DNA of 64,000 bases from Alphaproteobacteria bacterium (lineage in GTDB: Bacteria > Pseudomonadota > Alphaproteobacteria > Rhodobacterales > Rhodobacteraceae), in the NCBI GenBank assembly GCA_030429495.1, contig JAUIFH010000012.1:1896-65895 (forward strand), read 5' to 3'. The notes beneath the pieces were generated by a model, which worked only from the letters and a program-made list of their open reading frames with translations, ran no database searches and was not told the origin of the DNA. A program made the position numbers and the translations under genes. Of this stretch, positions 26,881 through 35,831 are shown piece after piece. Position 1 is the first letter of the stretch, and each line of letters begins with the position of its first letter.

Positions 26881-28176
26881 TCACATACCGTTGTAGAGGG
26901 GGAACCTGTCGCAGAGGGCCTTGACCTCGTTGCGGATGCGGGCCTCGGTCTCGGCGTTGCCCGCGTCGCCATGGGCGGCGAGGCCGTCGACGACCTCCAC
27001 GATCCAGTCGGCGATCTGGCGGAACTCGGCCTCGCGGAAGCCGCGCGTCGTGCCGGCCGGCGTGCCAAGCCGGATACCGGAGGTCACGAAGGGCTTCTCG
27101 GGGTCGAACGGCACGCCGTTCTTGTTGCAGGTGATATGCGCCCGGCCGAGTGCCGCCTCGGTCGCCTTGCCGGTCACCTTCTTCGGCCTGAGGTCGGCCA
27201 GCATCAGGTGGTTGTCGGTCCCGCCCGAGACGATGTCGATCCCGCCCTTCATCAGCTGGTCGGCCATCGCGCGGGCGTTCTTCACGATCTGCGCGGCATA
27301 GTCCTTGAACTCCGGCCGCAGCGCCTCGCCGAAGGCCACGGCCTTGGCGGCGATCACGTGCATCAGCGGCCCGCCCTGAAGCCCCGGGAAGACGGCGGAG
27401 TTCACCTTCTTCGCGACCTCCTCGTCATTCGTCAGGATCATGCCGCCGCGCGGGCCGCGCAGGCTCTTGTGCGTCGTCGTCGTCACCACATGGGCATGGG
27501 GCAAGGGCGAGGGATGCTGGCCGCCGGCCACCAACCCCGCGATATGAGCCATGTCGACCATCAGCCAGGCGCCGATCTCGTCCGCGATCGCCCGGAACGC
27601 CGCCCAGTCCCATTCGCGGCTATAGGCGGTGCCGCCGGCAAGGATCAGCTTCGGCTTCGCCGCCAGCGCCTTGGCGCGCACGTCGTCCATGTCCAGCCGC
27701 TGGTCCTGCGCGCGCACCCCGTAGGAGACGACGTTGAACCACTTGCCCGACATGTTGACCGGCGAGCCATGCGTCAGGTGGCCGCCCGAATTGAGGTCGA
27801 GCCCCATGAACGTATCGCCCGGCTGCAGGAGCGCCAGGAACACCGCCTGGTTCATCTGGCTGCCGGAGTTCGGCTGGACGTTGGCGAAGTTGCAGCCGAA
27901 AAGCTGCTTCGCCCGCTCGATCGCCAGCGTCTCGGCCACGTCGACATACTGGCAGCCGCCGTAATAGCGCTTGCCCGGATAGCCCTCGGCATACTTGTTG
28001 GTCAGGACCGAGCCCTGCGCCTCAAGCACCGCCTTCGAGACGATGTTCTCCGACGCGATCAGCTCGATCTCGTCGCGCTGGCGGCCAAGCTCGTCCGTGA
28101 TCGAGCCGAAGACCTCGGGGTCCCTCCTCGAAAGGCTCTCGGTGAAAAATCCGGGGTCGCGGTGCGCGGCGGTCAT
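26881..28176 (-). CDS. glyA: Serine hydroxymethyltransferase
   Basis: 431 aa. [24 protein letters not shown] and the [17 protein letters not shown]-lysine motif. Confidence 0.95.
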   Translation of the reverse strand: MTAAHRDPGFFTESLSRRDPEVFGSITDELGRQRDEIELIASENIVSKAVLEAQGSVLTNKYAEGYPGKRYYGGCQYVDVAETLAIERAKQLFGCNFANVQPNSGSQMNQAVFLALLQPGDTFMGLDLNSGGHLTHGSPVNMSGKWFNVVSYGVRAQDQRLDMDDVRAKALAAKPKLILAGGTAYSREWDWAAFRAIADEIGAWLMVDMAHIAGLVAGGQHPSPLPHAHVVTTTTHKSLRGPRGGMILTNDEEVAKKVNSAVFPGLQGGPLMHVIAAKAVAFGEALRPEFKDYAAQIVKNARAMADQLMKGGIDIVSGGTDNHLMLADLRPKKVTGKATEAALGRAHITCNKNGVPFDPEKPFVTSGIRLGTPAGTTRGFREAEFRQIADWIVEVVDGLAAHGDAGNAETEARIRNEVKALCDRFPLYNGM

Positions 28177-28306
28177 AAGCGTCTCCTGATGGTCAGCCGG
28201 TGGTGAGGCTCTTTAGCCGACCGAGCCGGGGGCGGAAAGAAAGAATCCGACCTGTTTGCGCGCGATGGCGAAACAAAATCCACTACAGGAAATTTCCGCC
28301 GCCCGG

Positions 28307-29755
28307 TCAGACGACCGTGAACTGCCCCATCATTCCGGCATCCTCATGTTCGAGGATATGGCAGTGATACATGTAGGGCAGGACGGGGTCGGCATAGTCG
28401 GCGAAGCTCAGCCGCAGCGTGACGGTTTCGTCCGGGCGGATCAGGACAGTGTCCTTCAGCCCTGCCTCCTGCGGCGCTGGCGGCTGGCCGTTGCGTGTGA
28501 GGATACGGAACTGCACGTCGTGGATGTGGATCGGGTGCAGCATGGGCGTGGTGTTCGTCCAGCTCCAGGTCTCGGTCACGCCGAGGGGGACCGAGAAGTC
28601 GATGCGGCCATGGTCGTAGCCGCTGCCGTTGATCGTGAAATCGCCCATCATGCCCGGTCCGGTCATCGCGAGCGTGAAGTCGCGGCCGGGGCCGGTTTCG
28701 GCGGCGGGAGGCGGCAGGTCCGCTAGGCGCGCGGGTGGCGCTGACGCAGGACGGGCGCCGCGCGGGCGCAGTTCCATCATGTCATGGGTCCCGGTCGTGC
28801 CCATCATCATGACTTCCGAGCCGAAGCTTTCGGCCCGCAGCATCACCGCCGCCCCGTCGGACAGATCGACAAGGAATTCCGCCCGCTCACCGGGACTGAG
28901 GATCGCGCCCCGCATCGGCACCGGCGCGGCCAGAAGGCCACCGTCCGATGCGATCTGGTAGAAGGTCCGGTCGTCGCTGAATTGCAGCCCGTAGAAGCTG
29001 CCGTTGGCGCCGTTCAGGACGCGCAGCCGCACGAGCGGCGCATCGGTCTCCAAAACCGGCTCGACCTGACCGTTGACCAGCATGACGTCGCCCTGCATAC
29101 CGGCCATCCGGTCGTGCATCGTCATGGTATACGGCATCTGCCCGTCGGCGTCGAAACGGCGGTCCTGCAATATCAGCGTGAAATCGTCCTCGCCATGATT
29201 GCGGGGCAGGGGGAGCGCGGCCTCTTCGTCGTCGCCGATTCGGATTACGCCGGCCATTCCCGCCCAGACATGTGGGGCCGTTTTCCCGTGCTGGTGGCCG
29301 TGGAACCAGAAGGTCCCTGCCTTCTGCAGGAGGTCGAATTCCGGCGACCAGACGGCGTCGGGTGCGATCTCCTGATGCGGGCCGCCATCGGCGGCGGCGG
29401 GCAGGTGCAGCCCGTGCCAGTGCAGCGTCATCGGTTCGCCGATCCGGTTCGCGACGTTCATCCGCAGCCGGTCGCCCGCGCGCGCCGAAAGGATTGGGCC
29501 GAGGAAGCCCGCATTGACGCCGATCGTCGCGGTTTCGACCCCGGCGAGGAATTCCCGCCCGCCGGGCGCGACCTTCAGGTCGAACACGCGCCGCCCAGCC
29601 TCGGTCCGCCCTTCGTCGAGTGCGGGCAGGGCCAGGGGCTGCCCGCGCAGCGCAGCAAGGGCAGGGCGCGGCCGGAACGCGACCGGCGCCGCCAGGGCCA
29701 GGCCGCCCAGACCGGAAAGCAGGGCGCGACGGCCGAGACGGGTCGTAAGTGTCAT
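28307..29755 (-). CDS. Tat-exported multicopper oxidase (CueO/FtsP-like)
   Basis: Start at the ATG at 29755 (GGGGGAAG RBS), giving 482 aa. Signal [24 protein letters not shown]. Copper ligand motifs HWHGLH, WFHGHQH, HPIHIHD and [13 protein letters not shown]. The 275-aa upstream extension in the track ORF is antisense to nadK. Confidence 0.85.
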   Translation of the reverse strand: MTLTTRLGRRALLSGLGGLALAAPVAFRPRPALAALRGQPLALPALDEGRTEAGRRVFDLKVAPGGREFLAGVETATIGVNAGFLGPILSARAGDRLRMNVANRIGEPMTLHWHGLHLPAAADGGPHQEIAPDAVWSPEFDLLQKAGTFWFHGHQHGKTAPHVWAGMAGVIRIGDDEEAALPLPRNHGEDDFTLILQDRRFDADGQMPYTMTMHDRMAGMQGDVMLVNGQVEPVLETDAPLVRLRVLNGANGSFYGLQFSDDRTFYQIASDGGLLAAPVPMRGAILSPGERAEFLVDLSDGAAVMLRAESFGSEVMMMGTTGTHDMMELRPRGARPASAPPARLADLPPPAAETGPGRDFTLAMTGPGMMGDFTINGSGYDHGRIDFSVPLGVTETWSWTNTTPMLHPIHIHDVQFRILTRNGQPPAPQEAGLKDTVLIRPDETVTLRLSFADYADPVLPYMYHCHILEHEDAGMMGQFTVV

Positions 29756-29851
29756 CTTCGCTTCCCCCCGATCGCGGCGCGACAGAGAAGACGGGTTGTC
29801 TTCCTGCGCCGCTCTGTGGATCAATGCACAAAGGGACGACATGGAACAGCC

Positions 29852-30619
29852 GTGGCAAACGCAACCAAGATCACATTTCTGGCAAGCGAAACCGAGGTTG
29901 CGCAGGAGGCGCTGAGCCGGCTGAGCGCGGCCTGCGGCTCCGTCCCGTTGGAGGAGGCGGAGGTGATCGTGGCCTTGGGCGGCGACGGCTTCATGCTGCA
30001 GACGCTTCACGCGACGCAGGCGATGGACCTGCCCGTCTATGGCATGAACTGCGGTACGATCGGTTTCCTGATGAATGAATACGGTGACGAAGGGTTGCGC
30101 GAACGGCTCGCCGCCGCCGAGGAAGAGATCATCAACCCCCTTGCGATGCGGGCGGTCAGCCGCGACGGCGCGGTGCACGAGGCGCTTGCGATCAACGAGG
30201 TGGCGCTGCTTCGCGCCGGGCCACAGGCCGCGAAGCTGCGGATCACCGTCGACGGAAAGGTGCGGATGGAGGAACTGGTCTGCGACGGCGCGCTTGTCAG
30301 CACGCCCGCCGGTTCGACTGCCTACAACTATTCCGCCCACGGGCCGATCCTGCCGATCGGGGCGGAAGTTCTGGCGCTGACAGCGATGGCCGCGTTCCGG
30401 CCCCGGCGCTGGCGCGGGGCGTTGCTGCCCAAGACCGCCCGCGTGCGGTTCGACGTTCTCGATCCCGAGAAACGCCCGGTCATGGCCGATGCCGACGGAC
30501 GTTCCGCGCGCGATGTGGTGTCGGTCGAGGTGCGTTCGGAACCCGCCATCCGCCACCGGATCCTCTTCGATCCCGGTCACGGGCTAGAGGAACGCCTCAC
30601 GCGAGAGCAGTTCGTCTGA
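29852..30619 (+). CDS. nadK: NAD(+) kinase
   Basis: Only the last 255 aa of the 611-aa track ORF look like a protein: ITFLASE..., the GGDGFML motif, [22 protein letters not shown] at 29852 is the only in-frame start upstream of the conserved region. Confidence 0.8.
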   Translation: MANATKITFLASETEVAQEALSRLSAACGSVPLEEAEVIVALGGDGFMLQTLHATQAMDLPVYGMNCGTIGFLMNEYGDEGLRERLAAAEEEIINPLAMRAVSRDGAVHEALAINEVALLRAGPQAAKLRITVDGKVRMEELVCDGALVSTPAGSTAYNYSAHGPILPIGAEVLALTAMAAFRPRRWRGALLPKTARVRFDVLDPEKRPVMADADGRSARDVVSVEVRSEPAIRHRILFDPGHGLEERLTREQFV

Positions 30620-30623
30620 CCTG

Positions 30624-32000
30624 TCAGCCGCCGGCTTTCCAGATGTCGATCTTCCGGTAGAGCGTCGACGGCGACACGTCGAGAACGCGCGCCGCTTTCG
30701 GGACCGATCCGCCATGCCGAGTGATGGTCTCCTCGATGACGAGGCGCTCCACCTCGGCAAGTGTGCGCCCGATCAGCCCGTCGAGCGTGACCTTGGGAGT
30801 GGCGGCCGTGTCGGTGACTGTGGCGGCGTTATCCAGTTCGTGATGCAGCTCCATCGGCAGCATTGCCCGCGTCACGGTGGGACCGTCGTTCAGCACGACG
30901 GCGTGGCGCACGACGTTGAGAAGCTGGCGCACATTTCCGGGCCATGTGAGGTGGAGGAGCAGGTCCTTCACCTCTGTGTCCAGCGCGTTGAACTTGCGGC
31001 CTTCTTCGCGCGCGAAGCGGTCAAGTGCGGCCTCGGCAAGCGCGATCACGTCCGCGCCGCGTTCCCGCAAGGGCGGCATCCGGATCGGGACGACATGCAG
31101 CCGGTAGAACAGGTCTTCGCGGAAACGGCCCCGTCGGACCTCCTGCACAGGGTCGCGGTTCGTTGCGCAGATGATGCGGACATTGACCTTCCGCAACCGT
31201 GCGGCTCCGACCGGCTGGATCGTCGACGTTTGCAGAAAGCGCAGCAGCTTGGTCTGGAGATTGAGGTCCAGTTCGCAGATCTCGTCGAGAAAGAGCGTCC
31301 CGCCGTCCGCCGTTGCCGCCGCACCGGGCTTGTCGGTGATCGCGCCGGTGAACGAGCCCTTCACATGGCCGAACACTTCCGATTCTAGCAGCTCGGACGG
31401 GATCGCCCCGCAGTTCAGCGGCACGAACGGCCCCTGCGCACGGTTCGACAGATCATGGACGGCCTGCGCGCAGAGCTCCTTTCCTGTCCCGCTCTCGCCT
31501 GTGATGAAGACGGTGGCCATCGACCGTGCCACCGACCTGATCTTGTCGTAGACCTGCCGCATCGGCTCTGACTGGCCGATGAACTCGCCCGGGGGCCGCG
31601 TGCCCGTTGCCGGTGGCGTGCCGCCGTTCCGGCCCGCAGCGGCAAGCGCGTTGCCGACCGCACTGAGCAAGCGTTGTTCGTCGAACGGTTTGACCAGGAA
31701 TTCGTGGGCGCCTGCGCGCATCGCGGCCACGGCCTTGTTGATCGACCCGTTGGCGGTGATGACGATCACATGGGCATCGGGTCTGATGGCGAGGAATTCG
31801 CGCATGAGGTCAAGGCCGTCGCGGTCCGGTAGCATGAGGTCCAGCAAGACGACCGGCGGCTTCATTGTCTTGAACGTCGAAAGGCCTTCTGCCGCGTTAT
31901 CGGCGCACCTGACTGTGTGGCCGGCGGTTTTTAGGACCGCCTGATAGACCAGTTGCAGAGAGGGCGTGTCCTCCACCAGAAGAAGCGGCTGGTCTGTCAT
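30624..32000 (-). CDS. Sigma54-dependent response regulator (receiver + AAA+ + Fis-type HTH), LuxO/NtrC-like
   Basis: 458 aa. LLLVEDTPSLQLVY...LLDLMLPDRDG receiver, GESGTGKE Walker A, GSFTGA (GAFTGA variant), C-terminal KAARVLDVSPSTLYRKI. ATGA overlap with the kinase gene. Confidence 0.9.
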   Translation of the reverse strand: MTDQPLLLVEDTPSLQLVYQAVLKTAGHTVRCADNAAEGLSTFKTMKPPVVLLDLMLPDRDGLDLMREFLAIRPDAHVIVITANGSINKAVAAMRAGAHEFLVKPFDEQRLLSAVGNALAAAGRNGGTPPATGTRPPGEFIGQSEPMRQVYDKIRSVARSMATVFITGESGTGKELCAQAVHDLSNRAQGPFVPLNCGAIPSELLESEVFGHVKGSFTGAITDKPGAAATADGGTLFLDEICELDLNLQTKLLRFLQTSTIQPVGAARLRKVNVRIICATNRDPVQEVRRGRFREDLFYRLHVVPIRMPPLRERGADVIALAEAALDRFAREEGRKFNALDTEVKDLLLHLTWPGNVRQLLNVVRHAVVLNDGPTVTRAMLPMELHHELDNAATVTDTAATPKVTLDGLIGRTLAEVERLVIEETITRHGGSVPKAARVLDVSPSTLYRKIDIWKAGG

Positions 32001-33553
32001 CCGGCGTCATCCCGTCGGGTCTGTTCCTGCGCGATGAAGTGGATCAGCCGGTCGAGCTGTTCCAACGCCTCCGCGCCGATTGCCGGCATGTCACCCAGAT
32101 TGCGACGATGCGCGGCGGCGTTGAGCGTCTGCGCCAGCGTCTGCAGGCGGGCCGCACCGACCGCGCCGGCAAGCGCGATGAGAACATGTGTATCAGCACG
32201 GATCGCGTCGGCATTGCCCTCGGCGAGCCCTGCGACGAGGCCGCGCTCGGTTCGGCGCAGGTCTGTATGGAGCCGCATCAGCAGCTCGGCCGCGGCCGCA
32301 GGGCCGGCAATGTCGATCAGACGGTCAAAACACTCACGGTCGAACTCCTGCGTAGCGATTTGCGCGGGATCGTCCTCTTCAATGCCGGCCGCACGGGGGT
32401 CGAGGACATTGGCGATCGCAAGCCCGAAGGATTCGATGCCGGCCAACGGCTTGGCCAAGATAGCGTTTGCGCCCGCGGCGTAGATCGCATCGCGGTTGGC
32501 ACGCAGCACATAGGCCGTGATCGCGATGATCGGCATGTGTGAGTGCATCCGGTTGTTGCCACGCAGTTCTCGGATCACCTCGATCCCGTTCAGGCGCGGC
32601 ATCTCGATGTCGATCAATGCCAGATCGAAATCCTCGCGTTCCAGCCAGTGCAATGCCTCGATACCGTCCTCGGCGATCTCGAATTCCGCGCCCATCTTGG
32701 TCAGCATGTTCCCGATGATCGTCTGATTGGTCGCGTTGTCTTCTGCGATAAGGACTTTCGTGCGGCTGAGATCGGGCAGTTCCACCACACGGTCTGGTTC
32801 TGCCACCGCCCAGCAGCCGGTCGGAAGCTCCAGAGTGACCCGTGCGCCCCGTCGCGGCAGATTCTCCACGCTGATCGTGCCACCCAGCCGGCTCGCCATA
32901 TGCTTGGAGATGTGCATCCCGAGGCCCTGGCCAGGCTTGGTCGTGCCTTCGGGCCGGCCCTGATATTCGAACAGGCGTGTCAGCGCATCGGCCGAGAACC
33001 CCGGCCCCTCATCCGTCACGGCGATCATGATTGACCCTTCCGGCGACATATAGACATCCAGAGCCACCGTGCCGGAATCGGCGTGTTTCATCGCGTTCGA
33101 CAGGGTGTTGGCCAGCACCCGTTCGAGTGCGATGCGGTCGAGCGTCAGAACTTCGGGAACGTCCTTGCACCGAGTCAGGCGGAAGGTCAGCCCCTTCTCG
33201 CTTGCCCGGCCCGACCAGCGCATCTCGACATCGTACAGGAACCGCGCCATCTGCAGGTTGGCCGACTGCGCGGCGGGAAGGTCCTCCTCGCCGAGCATGA
33301 TCGACAGGCCTTCCTCCAGTAGCCGGGCGAGGGTTTCCCCGGATGCGCGCACCCGTTCAAGCTGGAGCCGCATGCCACTGTCGAGCCCGTCCTGGTCGAT
33401 CAGGCGCAAGCCGCCGATGATGTCGGAAACGGCCGCGCGCAGGTCATGGCTGAGCAGCCGCATGCGGCCGGCGTCTGCCAGCTGCTCTGCGGCCGCATCG
33501 GGGCGGACCTCATCGTCCCGCATCGCGCCCCCTGACGCATCCGACGACGGCAT
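31997..33553 (-). CDS. Cytoplasmic hybrid histidine kinase (HisKA-HATPase-REC-HPt) with no sensor or TM domain
   Basis: 518 aa. The H-box LLSHDLRAAVSDI begins about 30 aa from the N-terminus. G-boxes DEGPGF / GQGLGMHI. Receiver VLIAEDNATN...DLALIDIEMPRLNG. C-terminal HPt-like IRADTHVLIALAGAVGA. No hydrophobic segment. Confidence 0.85.
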   Translation of the reverse strand: MPSSDASGGAMRDDEVRPDAAAEQLADAGRMRLLSHDLRAAVSDIIGGLRLIDQDGLDSGMRLQLERVRASGETLARLLEEGLSIMLGEEDLPAAQSANLQMARFLYDVEMRWSGRASEKGLTFRLTRCKDVPEVLTLDRIALERVLANTLSNAMKHADSGTVALDVYMSPEGSIMIAVTDEGPGFSADALTRLFEYQGRPEGTTKPGQGLGMHISKHMASRLGGTISVENLPRRGARVTLELPTGCWAVAEPDRVVELPDLSRTKVLIAEDNATNQTIIGNMLTKMGAEFEIAEDGIEALHWLEREDFDLALIDIEMPRLNGIEVIRELRGNNRMHSHMPIIAITAYVLRANRDAIYAAGANAILAKPLAGIESFGLAIANVLDPRAAGIEEDDPAQIATQEFDRECFDRLIDIAGPAAAAELLMRLHTDLRRTERGLVAGLAEGNADAIRADTHVLIALAGAVGAARLQTLAQTLNAAAHRRNLGDMPAIGAEALEQLDRLIHFIAQEQTRRDDAG

Positions 33554-33696
33554 TTCTGCAATGGATTACAAGTATCGGTTGCATGTCGAATTGGTTGTAC
33601 GCGAGTAAATCTATCGCGCCAACCTGTCTGAAACGTTAGGTCTCTGGGTCCGGGAGTTGAAAATCTGCCGCCAACGGTAGGTTTGGTTCCCTTTCG

Positions 33697-35592
33697 TCAA
33701 CCAGCGCCGGGATAACCGATTCCTTTCAGGGCAACCGTGATCTCGTCGAGGATCGCCGGGTCGTCGATCGTGGCTGGCATCTTGTAGTCTTCGCCATCGG
33801 CGATCTTGACCATCGTTCCGCGCAGGATCTTGCCCGAGCGGGTCTTGGGCAGCCGGTCCACAACGCAGGCAAGCTTGAACGCGGCGACCGGGCCGATCTG
33901 CTCGCGCACCAGCTTCACGCATTCCTTCACGACGTCCTCATGGGCGCGGTTGGTGCCCTTGTTGAGACAGAGGAACCCGACCGGCATCTGACCCTTGAGC
34001 TGGTCGGCGACCCCGATGACCGCGCATTCGGCGACATCGTCGTGGCTTGCCAGCACTTCTTCCATCGCACCGGTCGACAGTCGGTGGCCCGCGACATTGA
34101 TGACGTCGTCGGTGCGCGCCATGATGTAGAGATAGCCGTCTTCGTCCTTCATTCCGGCGTCGCCGGTCTCATAATATCCCGGGAAATGGTTCAGGTAGGA
34201 CTTCCGGAACCGGTCTTCCGCGTTCCAGAGCGTCGGCAGAGTGCCCGGGGGCAGGGGCAGCTTGATCGCGATGGCGCCGAGATCGCCGGCCTTCACCGGA
34301 TGGCCTCCCTCATCAAGGACCTGGACGTCGTAGCCGGGCATGGCGACGGACGGCGAGCCGATCTTGACCGGAAGCTCCTCGATGCCGATCGGGTTGCCGG
34401 CGATCGCCCAGCCGGTCTCGGTCTGCCACCAGTGGTCGATGACCGGAATGCGAAGATGGCGCTGCGCCCATTTGATCGTGTCGGGGTCGGCGCGTTCGCC
34501 AGCGAGGAAGAGCGCCTGAAGATTGCGCAGGTTGTAGTCCTTGATCAACTCGCCGTTCGGGTCTTCGCGCTTGATCGCACGAAGGGCCGTCGGCGCGGTG
34601 AAGAACGACTTCACCTTGTGGTTCTGGATCACCCGCCAGAAGGTGCCGGCATCGGGCGTGCCCACAGGCTTGCCCTCGAATACGATGGTGGTGCAACCGG
34701 CGATCAGGGGGCCGTAGCAGATATAGGAATGGCCCACGACCCAGCCCACATCCGAAGCCGCCCAGAAGACATCACCGGGCCCGACGTTGTAGATGTTTTT
34801 CATCGTCCAGTTGAGTGCGACGAGATGGCCTGCGGTCGGGCGCACCACACCTTTCGGCGCGCCTGTCGTGCCGGATGTGTAGAGGATATAGGCCGGATGG
34901 TTGCCTTCGACCGGGACGCATTCGGCCGGCTCCACCCCGTATTGAAAACCGTGCCAGTTGAAATCGCGGCCCTCGATCAGTTTCGCGACTTCCTGTTCCC
35001 GCTGGAAGATCACGGTGAAGGCGGGCTTGTGCTTCGCCTGGTCGATGGCAGCGTCGAGGAGCGGTTTGTAATGCACGACGCGGCCGGGCTCGAGCCCGCA
35101 GGAGGCGGCTATGATTGCCTTGGGTTTCGCGTCGTCGATCCGCACCGCCAGTTCGTGCGCGGCAAAGCCGCCAAAGACGACCGAATGGATCGCGCCGAGA
35201 CGGGCGCAGGCGAGCATCGCCTCAAGCGCTTCGGGCACCATCGGCATGTAGATGATGACGCGGTCGCCCTTTTCGACGCCCTTGGCGCGCAGGGCACCTG
35301 CAAGGCTCGCCACCCGGTCGCGGAGTTCGCGGTAGGTGATGCCCTTGGTCGAATGGGTGATCGGGCTGTCATGGATGATGGCAAGCTGGTCACCGCGCCC
35401 CGCCTCGACGTGGCGGTCGACGGCGTTCCAGCAGGTATTGACCTCGGAATCCACGAACCACTCGTAAAGCGGTGCGTTTTCGCCGGAGAGTGCTTGCGTT
35501 GGCGCGCGGACCCAGTCGATCGCCCCGGCAGCCTCCATCCAGAAGCCCTCCGGGTCCGCTTTCCAGCGGGAATACGTCTCGGAATATCCCAT
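33697..35592 (-). CDS. prpE: Propionate--CoA ligase (acetyl/propionyl-CoA synthetase family)
   Basis: 631 aa. GGAGGAGG RBS. MGYSETYSRWKADPEGFWMEAAGAIDW opening and the YTSGTTGAPKG AMP-binding motif. Confidence 0.8.
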   Translation of the reverse strand: MGYSETYSRWKADPEGFWMEAAGAIDWVRAPTQALSGENAPLYEWFVDSEVNTCWNAVDRHVEAGRGDQLAIIHDSPITHSTKGITYRELRDRVASLAGALRAKGVEKGDRVIIYMPMVPEALEAMLACARLGAIHSVVFGGFAAHELAVRIDDAKPKAIIAASCGLEPGRVVHYKPLLDAAIDQAKHKPAFTVIFQREQEVAKLIEGRDFNWHGFQYGVEPAECVPVEGNHPAYILYTSGTTGAPKGVVRPTAGHLVALNWTMKNIYNVGPGDVFWAASDVGWVVGHSYICYGPLIAGCTTIVFEGKPVGTPDAGTFWRVIQNHKVKSFFTAPTALRAIKREDPNGELIKDYNLRNLQALFLAGERADPDTIKWAQRHLRIPVIDHWWQTETGWAIAGNPIGIEELPVKIGSPSVAMPGYDVQVLDEGGHPVKAGDLGAIAIKLPLPPGTLPTLWNAEDRFRKSYLNHFPGYYETGDAGMKDEDGYLYIMARTDDVINVAGHRLSTGAMEEVLASHDDVAECAVIGVADQLKGQMPVGFLCLNKGTNRAHEDVVKECVKLVREQIGPVAAFKLACVVDRLPKTRSGKILRGTMVKIADGEDYKMPATIDDPAILDEITVALKGIGYPGAG

Positions 35593-35681
35593 GATCGTGC
35601 CTCCTCCAAAGCCTGCGGACAGTTATGCGGCCCTTTTCATTTCACGCAACGCTGTTACCGATCACACATTTCGGCAGGGCA

Positions 35682-35776
35682 CAAAAATTTGCAGAATGTC
35701 GCCGATCGGGCCCGCAAATTTTTGCAAACCCTCTGAGATGATGCGCTTGGGAGCAAATCATGGCCTGGTTTGCAAA
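35682..35776. promoter_or_regulatory. AT-rich operator-like elements upstream of prpE (11-bp inverted repeat plus TTTGCAAA boxes)
   Basis: CAAAAATTTGC at 35682..35692 and its exact reverse complement GCAAATTTTTG at 35714..35724. TTTGCAAA at 35721..35728 and 35769..35776. Confidence 0.45.
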
Positions 35777-35780
35777 GTTG

Positions 35781-35810
35781 GTCGTGCGGCGATGTAAACC
35801 GCCGCACGAC
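35781..35810 (-). terminator. Hairpin downstream of maeB
   Basis: GTCGTGCGGCG / CGCCGCACGAC 11-bp stem with an 8-nt loop, about 20 nt past the maeB stop. The T-tract is poor. Confidence 0.5.
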
Positions 35811-35831
35811 TGATTCTCTGGCGTCCGCCGG

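Noticed and set aside
7766-28176. Trimethylamine monooxygenase (tmm, an FMO with FxGxxxHxxxY/GxGxxG motifs) expected near tdm
   Set aside because: No ORF in the window has FMO-type paired dinucleotide motifs of the right size. It is absent here, though it may lie elsewhere in the genome.
28177-28306. ZTP (pfl) riboswitch upstream of glyA
   Set aside because: Gene context is suggestive, but I could not find the conserved elements as I remember them (GGGUCG...CUGGCG core, CCGCCUGGGC 3' element). Only loosely similar GC-rich segments are present. It is kept as a low-interest 'structured spacer' finding pending cmscan.
28784-29851. N-terminal 356 codons of the 611-aa plus-strand ORF that ends as NAD kinase
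   Set aside because: This part is antisense to the multicopper oxidase and has no kinase similarity. Only the last 255 aa (from GTG 29852) resemble NadK.
29756-30580. N-terminal 275 codons of the 757-aa minus-strand ORF that ends as the multicopper oxidase
   Set aside because: It is antisense to nadK. The oxidase has its own RBS and a Tat signal beginning at the ATG at 29755.
33940-35736. 598-aa ORF on the plus strand, opposite prpE. Similar cases: 11309..12700(-), 26863..28206(+), 54379..55908(+), 20878..22056(+), 16274..17401(+)
   Set aside because: All are antisense to genes with strong family signatures and have Arg/Gly/Ala/Asp-rich shadow composition.
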